A stretch of 64,000 nt of DNA. It comes from Candidatus Binatia bacterium (GTDB lineage Bacteria > Desulfobacterota > Binatia > Bin18). Position 1 is the first letter of the stretch. Every line of letters begins with the position of its first letter. Position numbers and translations under genes: made by a program. The stretch is from positions 1 to 64,000 of the forward strand of contig CAXXHG010000035.1 in assembly GCA_963666315.2 (NCBI GenBank), given 5' to 3'. The notes beneath the pieces were generated by a model. It was not told the DNA's origin, made no database searches, and was given only the letters and a program-made list of their open reading frames with translations. This document shows positions 51,119 through 61,044 of the stretch, in pieces.

Positions 51119-51326
51119 TATCGCGGTCAGCCTGTCTAGTCGCCAGCAACCGCTCCCCTTTTCCCCGCCGACGCAACGCATGGATAGGATCGGCCGCGGT
51201 GGGTACGACCCGAATCGTCATGCAGTCGTCGAGCCAGATGATCTGGTCGCTTTCGTGGATGTGGTAGCGTTTGCGAATGGCTGCTGGGATGACAGTCTGT
51301 CCCCGCTTCGTGACCGACGTCTGCAT
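51108..51326 (-). CDS. AbrB/MazE/SpoVT family antitoxin
   Basis: VTKRGQTVIPAAIRKRYHI; overlaps the PIN gene start. Confidence 0.85.
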   Translation of the reverse strand: MQTSVTKRGQTVIPAAIRKRYHIHESDQIIWLDDCMTIRVVPTAADPIHALRRRGKGERLLATRQADRDNER

Positions 51327-51419
51327 TACAATTCCTCAATATTCAGTTTTTGCAAGGCAAATTATATCTTTGCAAGACAAAATGAATAGATCACCGCGAG
51401 ATACTGATGGTAGAGGGCG

Positions 51420-51619
51420 CTATGAGGTCTTTTCGATTTCTGGGATGGCTTGTTCGAATGGGGCGGCTTCGTCCTGGGATGCTTTCGCCGGTTATAGGCT
51501 TTGAGGGAATCGAGTTCCTCCAAACCTTGAAGCAACTTCTGGTATTCTTCTACATCCAGCAACACTGCGGTCCGCTTTCCATTTTTGTCGACCACAAAAC
51601 GTTCATGGATGGCACTCAT
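51420..51619 (-). pseudogene. Small antitoxin-like gene, frameshifted
   Basis: ERFVVDKNGKRTAVLLDVEEYQKLL..EELDSLKAY, continuing as KASQDEAAPFEQAI in another frame. Confidence 0.6.
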
Positions 51620-51715
51620 ACAGACCTCCCCCATGAACTCCTCCTTGATAGGATAGCAAGCATTCTATCCCCTCCGAGGGAGGGGATAATGATAATAAGG
51701 AGGCAACTTGGGTCT

Positions 51716-54010
51716 CTACGACCGGCCTGATCCATTTGTCCCTGAGCCGTTCGTTCCATTGGGGCCGTTCCCGTGTATGGCCCAGAAGACGCGTTCGGGA
51801 TTCATGGGCAATTCATACAGCCGTTTGCCTGTGGCGCGGTAAATTGCATTTGCCAGGGCTGCGCCCGGTGGCACTATGGGTACTTCGCCTACGCCGCGCA
51901 GTCCATACGGACCTTCTGAGGCTGGGACTTCGGTGAGTACAGTCTCAATCATGGGCAGGTCGAGGGCAACCGGACAGCGATAGTCGAGCAGGCTTGCGTT
52001 TTTCAGCTCGCCGTTGTCAAAGATATACTCTTCATTCAGCGCCCAGCCGATGCCCTGCACAGCTCCACCCTGGATCTGGCCTTCAACCTGCATTGGATTG
52101 ATCGCTTTGCCGACATCTTGGAAGCAGGTGTAGCGCAGAATTGTCGCCTTGCCCGTATCTGGGTCGATCTCAACATCAGCCACATGGGCGGCATAGGAGT
52201 GGGCCGGCTGCATGCGGGTTGTGCTGCCCTTACCGATGATCGGCCCGCTGCCCCAGGCCACACTCTCGCGCGCCAGGTCTGCCAGGCTGACCTCGTTCTG
52301 CGTGTCGTCTTTGGCCCAGAAACGCTTTTGTTTATATTCAACGTCGTCTACCGAGACCTTGAGCTTTTCGGCGGCGCGTACGCGCAGCTGGGATAAAACG
52401 TCGTGGCTGGCCTGATGCGCCGCAGCGCTCATGGTGTAAGTAATCCGGCTGCCGCCGCTCAGATCGGCAAAGGGGGCGGTGTCGGTATCGCCCACGGTGA
52501 TGGTGATCTCTGTCGGATCAAGCTGCAGTTCGTCCGCCACCATTTGTAAAATAGTGGTCCGAGTGCCGGTCAGATCAACCGTGCCGACAAAGATAGAAGC
52601 AGTAGCATCTGGATTGATTTTGATTTCAGCACTCGAGGTAAATGAACCACCGATCCAGTAACCCAAGGCTAAGCCACGACCACGATTGGCGCCTTCTAGC
52701 GGCGTCGTCCAGCACGAATGCTTTTGAATCTCCCCCAACATCTCGGTCAGACCGATGCGGTTGAGCGGCATGCCGAGCGGCAGTGTATCGCCTTCCTCAG
52801 CTGCATTTTTCTGACGAAACTCCAGGGGATCTACACCGATCTCCTCAGCCAGCGCATCCATGAGGGATTCAACCGCAAAAGCCGCCGGCGTTCCACCAGG
52901 AGCTCGGTAGGCCTGGACCCGAGGCTTGTTGGTCAGGACGTCAAACCCTTCGGCTAGCATATTGTCCAATTTGTACGGAGCTAAGCCCACGAGCAGTCCG
53001 CGGGAGACTGGCGAGCCGGGGAAGGCTCCCGCATCATAGCGCATGGTCGTTGAAATCGCGGTGAGTTTGCCGTCTTTTTTTGCCCCGGCTTTGACCGTAA
53101 TGACCGCAGGGGCACCCGGACCCGTTGCACGCAGGACTTCCTCGCGAGAGACGACCAATTTGACCGGGCGGCTGGTCTTCTGGGCCAGGACGATGGCCGT
53201 GGGTTCAAACAGTGCCAGCGCTTTGCCGCCAAATCCGCCGCCGATCTCCATGGGGATAACGTTGAGCTGGTTCGCCGGTAAGCCCAGCAGGGTGACAAGC
53301 TGGGTCCGCACGGTGAAATGCCCCTGAGCCGAGGTCCACAACGTCACCTTGCCACTCGGTTCGACCCGCGCGGCACAGGCTTGGGGTTCCAGATACCCCT
53401 GATGGACCATCTGGGTCGTATACGTTTTCTCGATGAGTACGTCGGCTTCTTTAAACCCAGCCTCCACATCGCCCCGGGTATAGACCATATGCGTGGCAAT
53501 ATTGCTGGGCTGGTCAGATTTTTCTTGGGTGGCCTCTTCGAGCGTGTGCAGATCTTCGTGAACCAGAGCGGTACCAGGTTGCATGGCCTGTAGCACGTCT
53601 TCCACGACAGGCAGGACTTCGACCAGCCCGGCTGCTTCCTCGGCAATAAAGGGATCAGTCGCAGCCACAGCGGCCACGACCTGACCATGATAGCGCGCTT
53701 TATCTGAGGCCATGACAATTTCTCGGATGGCGCTCATGTCTATGCTGACTTCGCCGACCAGTGGCGCAGTCGCGCCTTTTGGCAGGTGAGGCAGGTCGTT
53801 GGCGGTAATAACGGCCTTCACGCCGGGCAGGGCTTTCGCTTTGCTGGTATCAATCTTCTTGATGCGCGCGTGTGCATACGGGCTACGGACTAATTTGGCC
53901 CACAGCATACCGGGCAGATCGAGGTCTGCCCCATAGACCGCTTTGCCCGTGACCCGTTCCGGGGCATCAACCTTGGCTAGAGACGTTCCGATCACACTAT
54001 ACTCAGCCAT
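51716..54010 (-). CDS. Xanthine dehydrogenase family molybdopterin-binding subunit (CoxL-like)
   Basis: RSPYAHA, HQGYLEP, GGGFGGK, AYRAPG, GQIQGG, GVGE. Confidence 0.93.
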   Translation of the reverse strand: MAEYSVIGTSLAKVDAPERVTGKAVYGADLDLPGMLWAKLVRSPYAHARIKKIDTSKAKALPGVKAVITANDLPHLPKGATAPLVGEVSIDMSAIREIVMASDKARYHGQVVAAVAATDPFIAEEAAGLVEVLPVVEDVLQAMQPGTALVHEDLHTLEEATQEKSDQPSNIATHMVYTRGDVEAGFKEADVLIEKTYTTQMVHQGYLEPQACAARVEPSGKVTLWTSAQGHFTVRTQLVTLLGLPANQLNVIPMEIGGGFGGKALALFEPTAIVLAQKTSRPVKLVVSREEVLRATGPGAPAVITVKAGAKKDGKLTAISTTMRYDAGAFPGSPVSRGLLVGLAPYKLDNMLAEGFDVLTNKPRVQAYRAPGGTPAAFAVESLMDALAEEIGVDPLEFRQKNAAEEGDTLPLGMPLNRIGLTEMLGEIQKHSCWTTPLEGANRGRGLALGYWIGGSFTSSAEIKINPDATASIFVGTVDLTGTRTTILQMVADELQLDPTEITITVGDTDTAPFADLSGGSRITYTMSAAAHQASHDVLSQLRVRAAEKLKVSVDDVEYKQKRFWAKDDTQNEVSLADLARESVAWGSGPIIGKGSTTRMQPAHSYAAHVADVEIDPDTGKATILRYTCFQDVGKAINPMQVEGQIQGGAVQGIGWALNEEYIFDNGELKNASLLDYRCPVALDLPMIETVLTEVPASEGPYGLRGVGEVPIVPPGAALANAIYRATGKRLYELPMNPERVFWAIHGNGPNGTNGSGTNGSGRS

Positions 54011-54021
54011 GCTGTCCCTCC

Positions 54022-54498
54022 TTATGCATGCTGCGACAGCGCCTGTGACGCGGCCTGAATCGAACGGACAATTTTGTCATAGCCTGTGCAGCGGCACAGG
54101 TTGCCAGAAATCGCTAAACGAATCTCTTGTTCACTCGGGTTTGGGTTCCGTTCCAATAATGCCTTGGCCGACATAATGAAGCCCGGAGTGCAGAAGCCAC
54201 ACTGTAAGCCGCCGTGTTCAATAAACGCTTGCTGTACGGGGTGGAGATTGCCCTCGGCCGCCACGCCTTCGACCGTTGTGACGTCTGCGCCTGCGGCTTC
54301 CACTGCGAACACGAGACAGGCATTGACGACGGAGCCGTTCAGGACGACCGTGCAGGCTCCGCAGTTGCCGTTTCCACAGCCTTCCTTCGGGCCCATGAAA
54401 CCCAGCTTGTAGCGGAGGGTATCGAGCAGCGTTGTGCGTGTATCTACAATGGTGGTGTGCGGCTCGCCGTTTATGTTCATTTCGATAGGCTGTTTCAT
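54022..54498 (-). CDS. (2Fe-2S)-binding subunit (CoxS-like)
   Basis: GCGNGNCGAC, QCGFCTPG, NLCRCTGY. Confidence 0.95.
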   Translation of the reverse strand: MKQPIEMNINGEPHTTIVDTRTTLLDTLRYKLGFMGPKEGCGNGNCGACTVVLNGSVVNACLVFAVEAAGADVTTVEGVAAEGNLHPVQQAFIEHGGLQCGFCTPGFIMSAKALLERNPNPSEQEIRLAISGNLCRCTGYDKIVRSIQAASQALSQHA

Positions 54499-54503
54499 AC
54501 TGT

Positions 54504-55373
54504 TTACCCCCTCGTCCTTTCCAGCGCCCTTGTCAGCGTTCTGCGCGTCAGGACCTTCACCAATTCAATCCGATACGTGGCTGAACCACGCACATCAGAG
54601 ATCGGGCTGGCGGCCTGAGCGGCGAGTTCGCCGGCCTGTGCAATAGTCGTTACATCCAATGTTTTGCCTGCTAAAAATGCCTCCGCCTCTTTTGCCCGGA
54701 GAGGAGTAGGGGCAACTGCGGCTAGTGTGATACGAGCCTGCTCACAGGTTTGCTTGTCTGGGCTGAGCTGGACAAACGAGCCTACTCCAGCAACTGCGAT
54801 GTCCATCTCTTCGCGGGGAATGAACCGCAGATAGGCTGCGCCGGAGTTTGGTGGGGGAACAGGCAGAATAATCTCAACCAGGATCTCTCCTTTTTCGAGC
54901 ACGGTCTGTCCCGGTCCAGTAAAAAGATATTCCGCAGGCAGCTCGCGTCGTCCGTTTGGTCCTTCGAGCAGCAGCGCTGCGCCGTACGACAGTGCGGGCG
55001 GGACGGCGTCAGCCGACGGAGCCGCATTACAAAAATTGCCGCCCAGCCCAGCGCGGTTCTGTATTTGATACGAACCGACTAAGGCGCAGGCTTCGGCCAA
55101 GGCAGGGTAGTGGTCGCTGGCCGGATCGAAGCTGGCGATCTTGGTGCACGAGACGGCCGCTCCAATATGGAGTCCGGAGCCGGTGTAGGACAGAACGTTT
55201 AATTCAGAAATTCTTTTGATATCAACGACCAGGGAAAGGCTGCGGCGGTTTTCTTTCATCTGGGTGACGAGATCCGTTCCGCCTGCGAGTGGGCGGGCCT
55301 CGCCATTCGCCTCAGACAGCAAAGCCACGGCTTCTTGTAAACTTTGGGGAGCCGCGTAGTCAAATGCGTGCAC
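54504..55373 (-). CDS. FAD-binding subunit (CoxM-like)
   Basis: LAGGTDL, QIQNRAGLGGN..AAPSAD, PISDVRGS. Confidence 0.93.
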   Translation of the reverse strand: MHAFDYAAPQSLQEAVALLSEANGEARPLAGGTDLVTQMKENRRSLSLVVDIKRISELNVLSYTGSGLHIGAAVSCTKIASFDPASDHYPALAEACALVGSYQIQNRAGLGGNFCNAAPSADAVPPALSYGAALLLEGPNGRRELPAEYLFTGPGQTVLEKGEILVEIILPVPPPNSGAAYLRFIPREEMDIAVAGVGSFVQLSPDKQTCEQARITLAAVAPTPLRAKEAEAFLAGKTLDVTTIAQAGELAAQAASPISDVRGSATYRIELVKVLTRRTLTRALERTRG

Positions 55374-55557
55374 GATTCGAGCCTCCTTTTCTCAGACAAG
55401 AGTATTTCTATCCCCCAGTGCAGGGGAAGATCAAGGGAAAGGGAGTGTGGACAAGTCGGACCGGGCCTGATTAAGTACCCCGATTACTAAGGGGAGTGGG
55501 CGGTGGGATAGACGGGGGCGCTCGGACGCGCAAACTCTGAAGAGGGAGGAAATATTC

Positions 55558-56343
55558 TTGGCAAACCGGACTGAACATAAGATTACCGTAGCCGAATCTG
55601 AATTGACGCTCATTAAGGCAGGTTCGGGTAAACCGCTGTTAATGCTGCATGATGAGCTCGGATTTCCGGGCTGGCTGAAATGGAATGACGAGCTCGCCGC
55701 GGACCGTGGATTTGTGATTCCGCTGCAGCCGGGTTTCGATAAAACACCCCGCATAGACTGGATTCGCAGTTTCCGTGACTTGGCCAGCTTTTATAGTATG
55801 GCGGTCCGAGAAATGGGTCTCGGCCCTGTGGATGTGATTGCTTTCTCGGCTGGTGGATATATTGCCGCCGAGATGATCGCGTCTGACCCCCATATATTTA
55901 GCCATATGATTCTTGTGGGTCCTATGGGCATCAAGCCGGAAAAAGGGGAGATCTTTGACATCTTCCCGGTGACGATTCGCACCCATCTGCGAGCAACCGT
56001 AGCAGATCCGAGCAATCCCGAGTTTGGCACTATCTACGGCGGAGAGATGACGCCGGAGCAGTTCGAGGCGTTTGAAGACGCACGGGCCGAGAGCGCGCGG
56101 ATCGGTTGGGAGCCGTATATGCACAATCCCAGCTTGCCGCATTTGCTGCGTGGAGTGAAAAACGTAACAACGCTGCTGATCCGAGGCGCTCAAGATAAGA
56201 TCGTCCCGCAAGGCTGCATTGATGCCTACCAACAGGCTATTGATGGAGCCCGGACAGCGCAGATTACCGATGCCGGCCACCGTCCGGAAGTAGAAAACTC
56301 GGCTGAGTTCGTGAAAATCGTCACAGAGTTCCTGGCATCCTAG
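55558..56343 (+). CDS. Alpha/beta hydrolase
   Basis: GSGKPLLMLH, PGF, AFSAGG nucleophile elbow, GAQD, AGH; TTG start behind GGGAGG. Confidence 0.88.
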   Translation: MANRTEHKITVAESELTLIKAGSGKPLLMLHDELGFPGWLKWNDELAADRGFVIPLQPGFDKTPRIDWIRSFRDLASFYSMAVREMGLGPVDVIAFSAGGYIAAEMIASDPHIFSHMILVGPMGIKPEKGEIFDIFPVTIRTHLRATVADPSNPEFGTIYGGEMTPEQFEAFEDARAESARIGWEPYMHNPSLPHLLRGVKNVTTLLIRGAQDKIVPQGCIDAYQQAIDGARTAQITDAGHRPEVENSAEFVKIVTEFLAS

Positions 56344-56365
56344 GAGCACAAGAGGAAGAGTCACC

Positions 56366-57694
56366 ATGCAATTTTCATATTTTACGGAACGCCCTTACCG
56401 TGGGGTGGATGAAGACGCAGTCCTCAAAAATAGAGCCTTCTTTGCCCTCCCTAACGAACAGTTCGATCGTGAGATAGCAGCGAACGATTTCAACTATTAT
56501 CTGGACGAAAACTGCTATGCGGAAGAACTTGGCTTTGATGCGGTTGCGCTCAATGAGCATCACGGCAACCCGTTCTGTATGGGCAGTGTCATGAACGTTG
56601 AGGCGGCGATTCTGGCCCGGATTACAAACAGGGTCAAAATCGTCCTGATCGGCAACCCTCTGCCCGTCCTGAAACATCCGCTTCGGATGGCAGAAGAACT
56701 CGCTGAGATTGATCTGATCTCGCGCGGACGTTTGGTCACTGGTTGGGTGCGCGGTGCCGGCAGTGAACAGTTCTTTAATAACGCCAACCCAGCTTATAAC
56801 CGTGAGTTGTTCAACGAAGCCCACGATTTTATTATTCAAGCCTGGACCAAGCCTGGGCCGTGGCGTTACGAGGGAAAACATTTCCACTACCGGCATGTGA
56901 ACCCTTGGGTGTTGCCGTACCAGAAGCCGTATCCGCAAATGTGGATTCCGGGCGTGTTGAGCCCTGAAACCGTACGCTGGTGTGCACAGCACAAATACCC
57001 CTATATCGGTCTTGGGACTGCGTTGGGGCCAACCTGCGAGCTGTGGAATGTGTATGCCGATGAAGCGGCTAAACTAGGATACCAAGCGGGTCCGGAGAAT
57101 TTTGGTTATCTGATTCCAACCTTTCTGGCTGAAACAGATGCAAAGGCCCAGGAAGTGGGGAAGAATTTTATCTTTGGCGGTGGGCAAAATGCCTTCTCGC
57201 GGCCTGAACACACCCTGCCGCCGGGGTATAATTCTAAAAGCGCGATTCGTATGCTGGCCAAGCATCCGGGCGGGAGTTGGTTGGGCGTAAGCCCCGAGAA
57301 GCTGCGGCAGCAGCAGGAGGACCAACCCGAGGAAGTCGATTATGATGAGGTCCGCCAAAAGTTGCTCAAGGGATATGAAAAGACCCAGCGCAACCACCAG
57401 CTCATCATTGGCTCGCCCAAAACGGTGCTTCCCAAACTCAAGGTCCTGCTGCGCATCCTGCGACCTGGCATCTTCACTTTCTTCAACATCCAGGGCAAGG
57501 TGAGTAATGAAGACCGGATGACGAGCATGCGGCTCATTGCTGAAGAAGTCATGCCTGATCTCCGCGAGTATGCCAACGAGTTGGGCCTCAAGGACCCGTT
57601 CGAGCGTACGCCCGGCTCAGTCCCGTATCGGAATGGCGTGGCGCGCGATCCTGTGATAGACCGCGGACCTTTGGACGAGTTGGGCCTTAAATAG
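56366..57694 (+). CDS. LLM class flavin-dependent oxidoreductase
   Basis: AEELGFDAVALNEHH, PLRMAEELAEIDLISRGRL, PYQKPYP. Confidence 0.9.
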   Translation: MQFSYFTERPYRGVDEDAVLKNRAFFALPNEQFDREIAANDFNYYLDENCYAEELGFDAVALNEHHGNPFCMGSVMNVEAAILARITNRVKIVLIGNPLPVLKHPLRMAEELAEIDLISRGRLVTGWVRGAGSEQFFNNANPAYNRELFNEAHDFIIQAWTKPGPWRYEGKHFHYRHVNPWVLPYQKPYPQMWIPGVLSPETVRWCAQHKYPYIGLGTALGPTCELWNVYADEAAKLGYQAGPENFGYLIPTFLAETDAKAQEVGKNFIFGGGQNAFSRPEHTLPPGYNSKSAIRMLAKHPGGSWLGVSPEKLRQQQEDQPEEVDYDEVRQKLLKGYEKTQRNHQLIIGSPKTVLPKLKVLLRILRPGIFTFFNIQGKVSNEDRMTSMRLIAEEVMPDLREYANELGLKDPFERTPGSVPYRNGVARDPVIDRGPLDELGLK

Positions 57695-57727
57695 GGTCAT
57701 CTAAACTTGCATAACTGGCTGTTTCTG

Positions 57728-57757
57728 AGGGGCGGGTTTTAAACCCGTCCTTTTTTT
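57728..57757 (+). terminator. Intrinsic terminator
   Basis: GGGCGGGTT-TTA-AACCCGTCC hairpin followed by T7. Confidence 0.75.
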
Positions 57758-57822
57758 GTTGTGTCAATTGTTTGACTCGGTTGAGAGCCCGCAGTACCGT
57801 GTCACCCAGAAAGAATCTCACC

Positions 57823-58869
57823 ATGAGCGACCAGCACGACGAGAAACAACTCCGGCATGACTCTGAGTCCTTCCCGCAACGAACACTCACGTCTGCCCAG
57901 AACCGGGAACGGGAGATCCGGGTCAAGGCAATTGAGGCATTGTTAGTCGAAAGAGAGCTGGTTTCCGACGAATTGCTCGATTCCGTGCTGGACTCGTATG
58001 AGAACGATATCGGTCCACTGAATGGCTACCGAGTCGTTGCCCGCGCGTGGGTCGACCCTGCGTATAAAGAACGCCTTCTTGAGAATGGAACGGCCGCCAT
58101 CGCAGAGCTTGGTTTTGGCGGCTTGCAAGGCGAACGCCTTGTTGTTGTAGAGAATACCCCAGAGACGCACAATGTCATCGTGTGCGCCTTGTGCTCGTGT
58201 TACCCCTGGCCTGTCCTGGGCCTGCCGCCATTTTGGTATAAGAGTCGATCGTACCGATCGAGAGTGGCGGGCAAGCCGCGCGAGGTGCTCCACGAGTTTG
58301 GTCTCGATCTGGATGAAGAGGTGCAGATTCAGGTCTGGAATAGCAACTTCCAGACCCGCTATATGGTTCTGCCTGAACGACCGCAGGGTTCGGAACAGCT
58401 GACAGAAGAGGAACTCGCGGCCATAGTCACGCGGGACGCCATGATCGGCGTGGCTAAAGTCGAGCGTAAGAAAAAACAGCAGCCCGGTCTCTCCCAACGA
58501 CAAGTATCCGACATGCAAGGCACCGCCGCCCTACCGCGGAAAAGTGGAGAACTCCAGTTCCAAGATCCCTGGGAAGGTGAGGCGTTTGCCATGGCTGTCG
58601 CCCTGTGTGAGCGTAGGCACTATCAGTGGCAAGAATTTCAGGAGCACTTGATTGCTGAGATTGCGAGAGCAGATCAAACAGCGCCTGATGTGAGATCGAC
58701 GTATTATGAAAGCTGGCTCGCGGCATTTGAAAAGCTGCTCGATACGAAAAACATTCTGGCCCAAACAACGCTCAATCGACGCGTCCGACAAATACAGCGC
58801 GGCATTTCTATGCGCCGCACTCGCCTGCCATTTGGCATCGCCATGTGGGAAGACGATGAGGATGAGTGA
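57823..58869 (+). CDS. nthA: Nitrile hydratase alpha subunit fused to a nitrile hydratase accessory (activator-like) domain
   Basis: [51 protein letters not shown]; then [42 protein letters not shown] in the same frame. Confidence 0.88.
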   Translation: MSDQHDEKQLRHDSESFPQRTLTSAQNREREIRVKAIEALLVERELVSDELLDSVLDSYENDIGPLNGYRVVARAWVDPAYKERLLENGTAAIAELGFGGLQGERLVVVENTPETHNVIVCALCSCYPWPVLGLPPFWYKSRSYRSRVAGKPREVLHEFGLDLDEEVQIQVWNSNFQTRYMVLPERPQGSEQLTEEELAAIVTRDAMIGVAKVERKKKQQPGLSQRQVSDMQGTAALPRKSGELQFQDPWEGEAFAMAVALCERRHYQWQEFQEHLIAEIARADQTAPDVRSTYYESWLAAFEKLLDTKNILAQTTLNRRVRQIQRGISMRRTRLPFGIAMWEDDEDE

Positions 58870-59064
58870 GTTCTGTTGAGAGCGGGTACACTTTTCTGCT
58901 CCACTGCATAACAGAGAGCGTCCAAAGCGACCTCATGGATGGGGAAAAAACATCTTTCTGGCGTATTGCTGCTGAAGCCCTAGCTCACTAGAAGTGGCGT
59001 GGACGAGGTCCACGGGATACAAAGCGAAAGAGTGACGCGTAGTGACGAAAGGAAAAAGAGCAGT

Positions 59065-59530
59065 ATGAAACATCGCTTCATCCATATCTGTCTTGCTGGT
59101 CTGCTTGTCTTTCCTTGTCTGACCTGGGGCTACGGAGTTCCGCCAATACCCCCGCCAGAAAATCCCCAGAGCCCGGGTGCCCTGGAGGTCCCACTGGCCA
59201 ACGCACTCCGTTCAGAGCGGGATAGGCTATGTCTCTGGCTGGTATTGTGACTTGCTAGCAACAGACACGCTGACCGTCCTCTTTAACGGTGGCGAGCCTA
59301 ATACCGTGCTGTATGGCGCGAGCCGTAACGATACAGTTGCGGTTTGCGGCGATGCCGACAACGGTTACGTCATGCCGCTGAACTGGAATGATTTGGGGGA
59401 TGGTCTGCACCTGGTCGAAGTCTTTGCCGGAGACGCCCTCATTGCGAGTGCCGGGGTGTGGGTCAAGACCTTTGGGACAGCGTTTCACACCGGCGCTGCG
59501 GCGACCGTCGTGATTCAGGATTTTCTCCCA
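59065..59530 (+). pseudogene. Secreted protein with a GALE.P..S.QSGIG..SGW.C beta-rich domain, frameshifted and truncated
   Basis: Signal peptide MKHRF..TWG, frameshift near 59205, YGASRNDT..CGD.DNGY..NWNDLGDG.H; runs into the opposite-strand EAL fragment. Confidence 0.55.
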
Positions 59531-59611
59531 GGAAGACCGGAAGAGCAGCTCGTATCGATACACTTGCTGGTGTTGATCTAAAATTGGTTGACGAGCAACG
59601 AAGGTCTCCAT
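59531..59611 (-). pseudogene. N-terminal stub of an EAL/HDOD (YuxH/PdeH-like) protein
   Basis: METFVARQPILD..VYRYELLFRS; similarity ends after about 27 aa. Confidence 0.7.
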
Positions 59612-59714
59612 AATTCCCCCGGTTTTTCCCTGTAAAGGAATTTTCGGCCTATTTGGGGGGATCTATAGTCCAGATCGGCTAGAAGTGGAGGGCGTAGCCT
59701 GGAGAATTCCGGCC

Positions 59715-60365
59715 TTAGCCCGTCCGAAGCTCGACCTCAAAACACGTCCCGCCGCCTTCGCGCGGCACACAGCGGACATCGCAGCCGTGACGGCGAGCGA
59801 TTTGGTGTACGAGCGCCAGCCCAAGACCAACGCCGTCGTCACTGCTCTCGCGCATTCCAGGCAGACGATAGAACGGCTCGAAGATGCGTTCTCGCTCCTG
59901 CTCCGGAATGCCGGGGCCCCGATCTGCAACCCGCAGCCGAGCGCCCGTATTGAATGGAGCAACGGTCGCCTCAATAGGCGAGTCGGCCGCATAGCGCTGG
60001 GCATTTTCGAGCAAATTGCGCATTAATCTGCGCAACATATGCGGATCGCCGTGAATGCAGACGGACTCCCCGCCGACCTCTGCCTGGGTTCGTGTCGCTT
60101 CTTCCGCCAGCAGAGCGAGCAGATCCACTGCTTGTGGGTGCTCAATGCTGTCGAGGGTATCCAGGCGGCTGGCTAAAAGAATTTCGCCGATCAATTCGTC
60201 CAGCTCGGTGATATCTTGCGCAATCTGGGTGTGTAACTCTGGCCGCTCTGTACTCGGCAAGAGCTCAACCGCCATGCGTATGCGTGCCAGCGGGGAGCGG
60301 AGTTCATGCGAGGCTCCGCTGAACATCGTGCGCTGCGCAGTGACCAGACGCTCGATGCGAGCGGC
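59715..60365 (-). pseudogene. Sensor histidine kinase C-terminal part (HisKA + HATPase), 5'-truncated
   Basis: ASHELRSPL, NLLENA, DRGPGI, FEPFYR, GVGLGL; sensor domain and start absent. Confidence 0.82.
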
Positions 60366-60385
60366 CAGGCAGCAGGGACTTGTGC

Positions 60386-60640
60386 GTGGCTAAGTTTATT
60401 TTTGCTCGACGTTCTTTGCGGGACGTTGCGGATTGGAAGAAAGGCGCTTCGCCGCGTGATCGTGACGCCTTGGATCAAGTATTGAGTGCCATATCTGCTG
60501 ATCCGACCTTGCCAGGCCGTGCGCTGAGCTTTCACGATCCGCAGCGGCCGAGCTATTCATATCGGGCTGGCCCTTTTCTCATCCGTTATCGGGAGACAGA
60601 TGATGGAGGAGTGGAGTTCCTCAACCTTTTCCACCGCTGA
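60386..60640 (+). CDS. Small RelE/ParE-like hypothetical protein
   Basis: 84 aa; F.RR..RD..L..I..DP..G..Y.YR.G..LIRY pattern. Confidence 0.45.
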   Translation: MAKFIFARRSLRDVADWKKGASPRDRDALDQVLSAISADPTLPGRALSFHDPQRPSYSYRAGPFLIRYRETDDGGVEFLNLFHR

Positions 60641-61044
60641 GGCCCAGCGCCGAAGAGGGTCGTAGGGGCAGTCGGCAGTCCGCCCGACCCCAATCCGTCC
60701 ACGTTTGGCGGCGGACCGGCGATCATGGGACCGACGGCGGGGACTCTGTTTAATTTTCTGAAGGTCACCATAGACACGCGGATATCGGGTTTGGACACGA
60801 TCCGGCTGGGCGGATATGTGGGGCTGGCCGAGACCGGCAGCAGGGTGCCGCTGTGTACGACCGGTTACGCTTTGGCTTCTATGCTGATCTGCGTCGCCGT
60901 CGGCTGAGAGTCAAAGAAGTCTCCCTTCTCCATTACCGTTCTGCCGTTCGGTTAATATTTTGATGCCGAATGATGATGAATCCTGATAATCAAAGCACCG
61001 CTCCAAGCGGTATGGCAGGGGCGATAAACTGAAAAGACTCTCTC

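Noticed and set aside
51716-55373. Aerobic CO dehydrogenase
   Set aside because: The AYxCSFR Cu-binding loop and cox accessory genes are absent.
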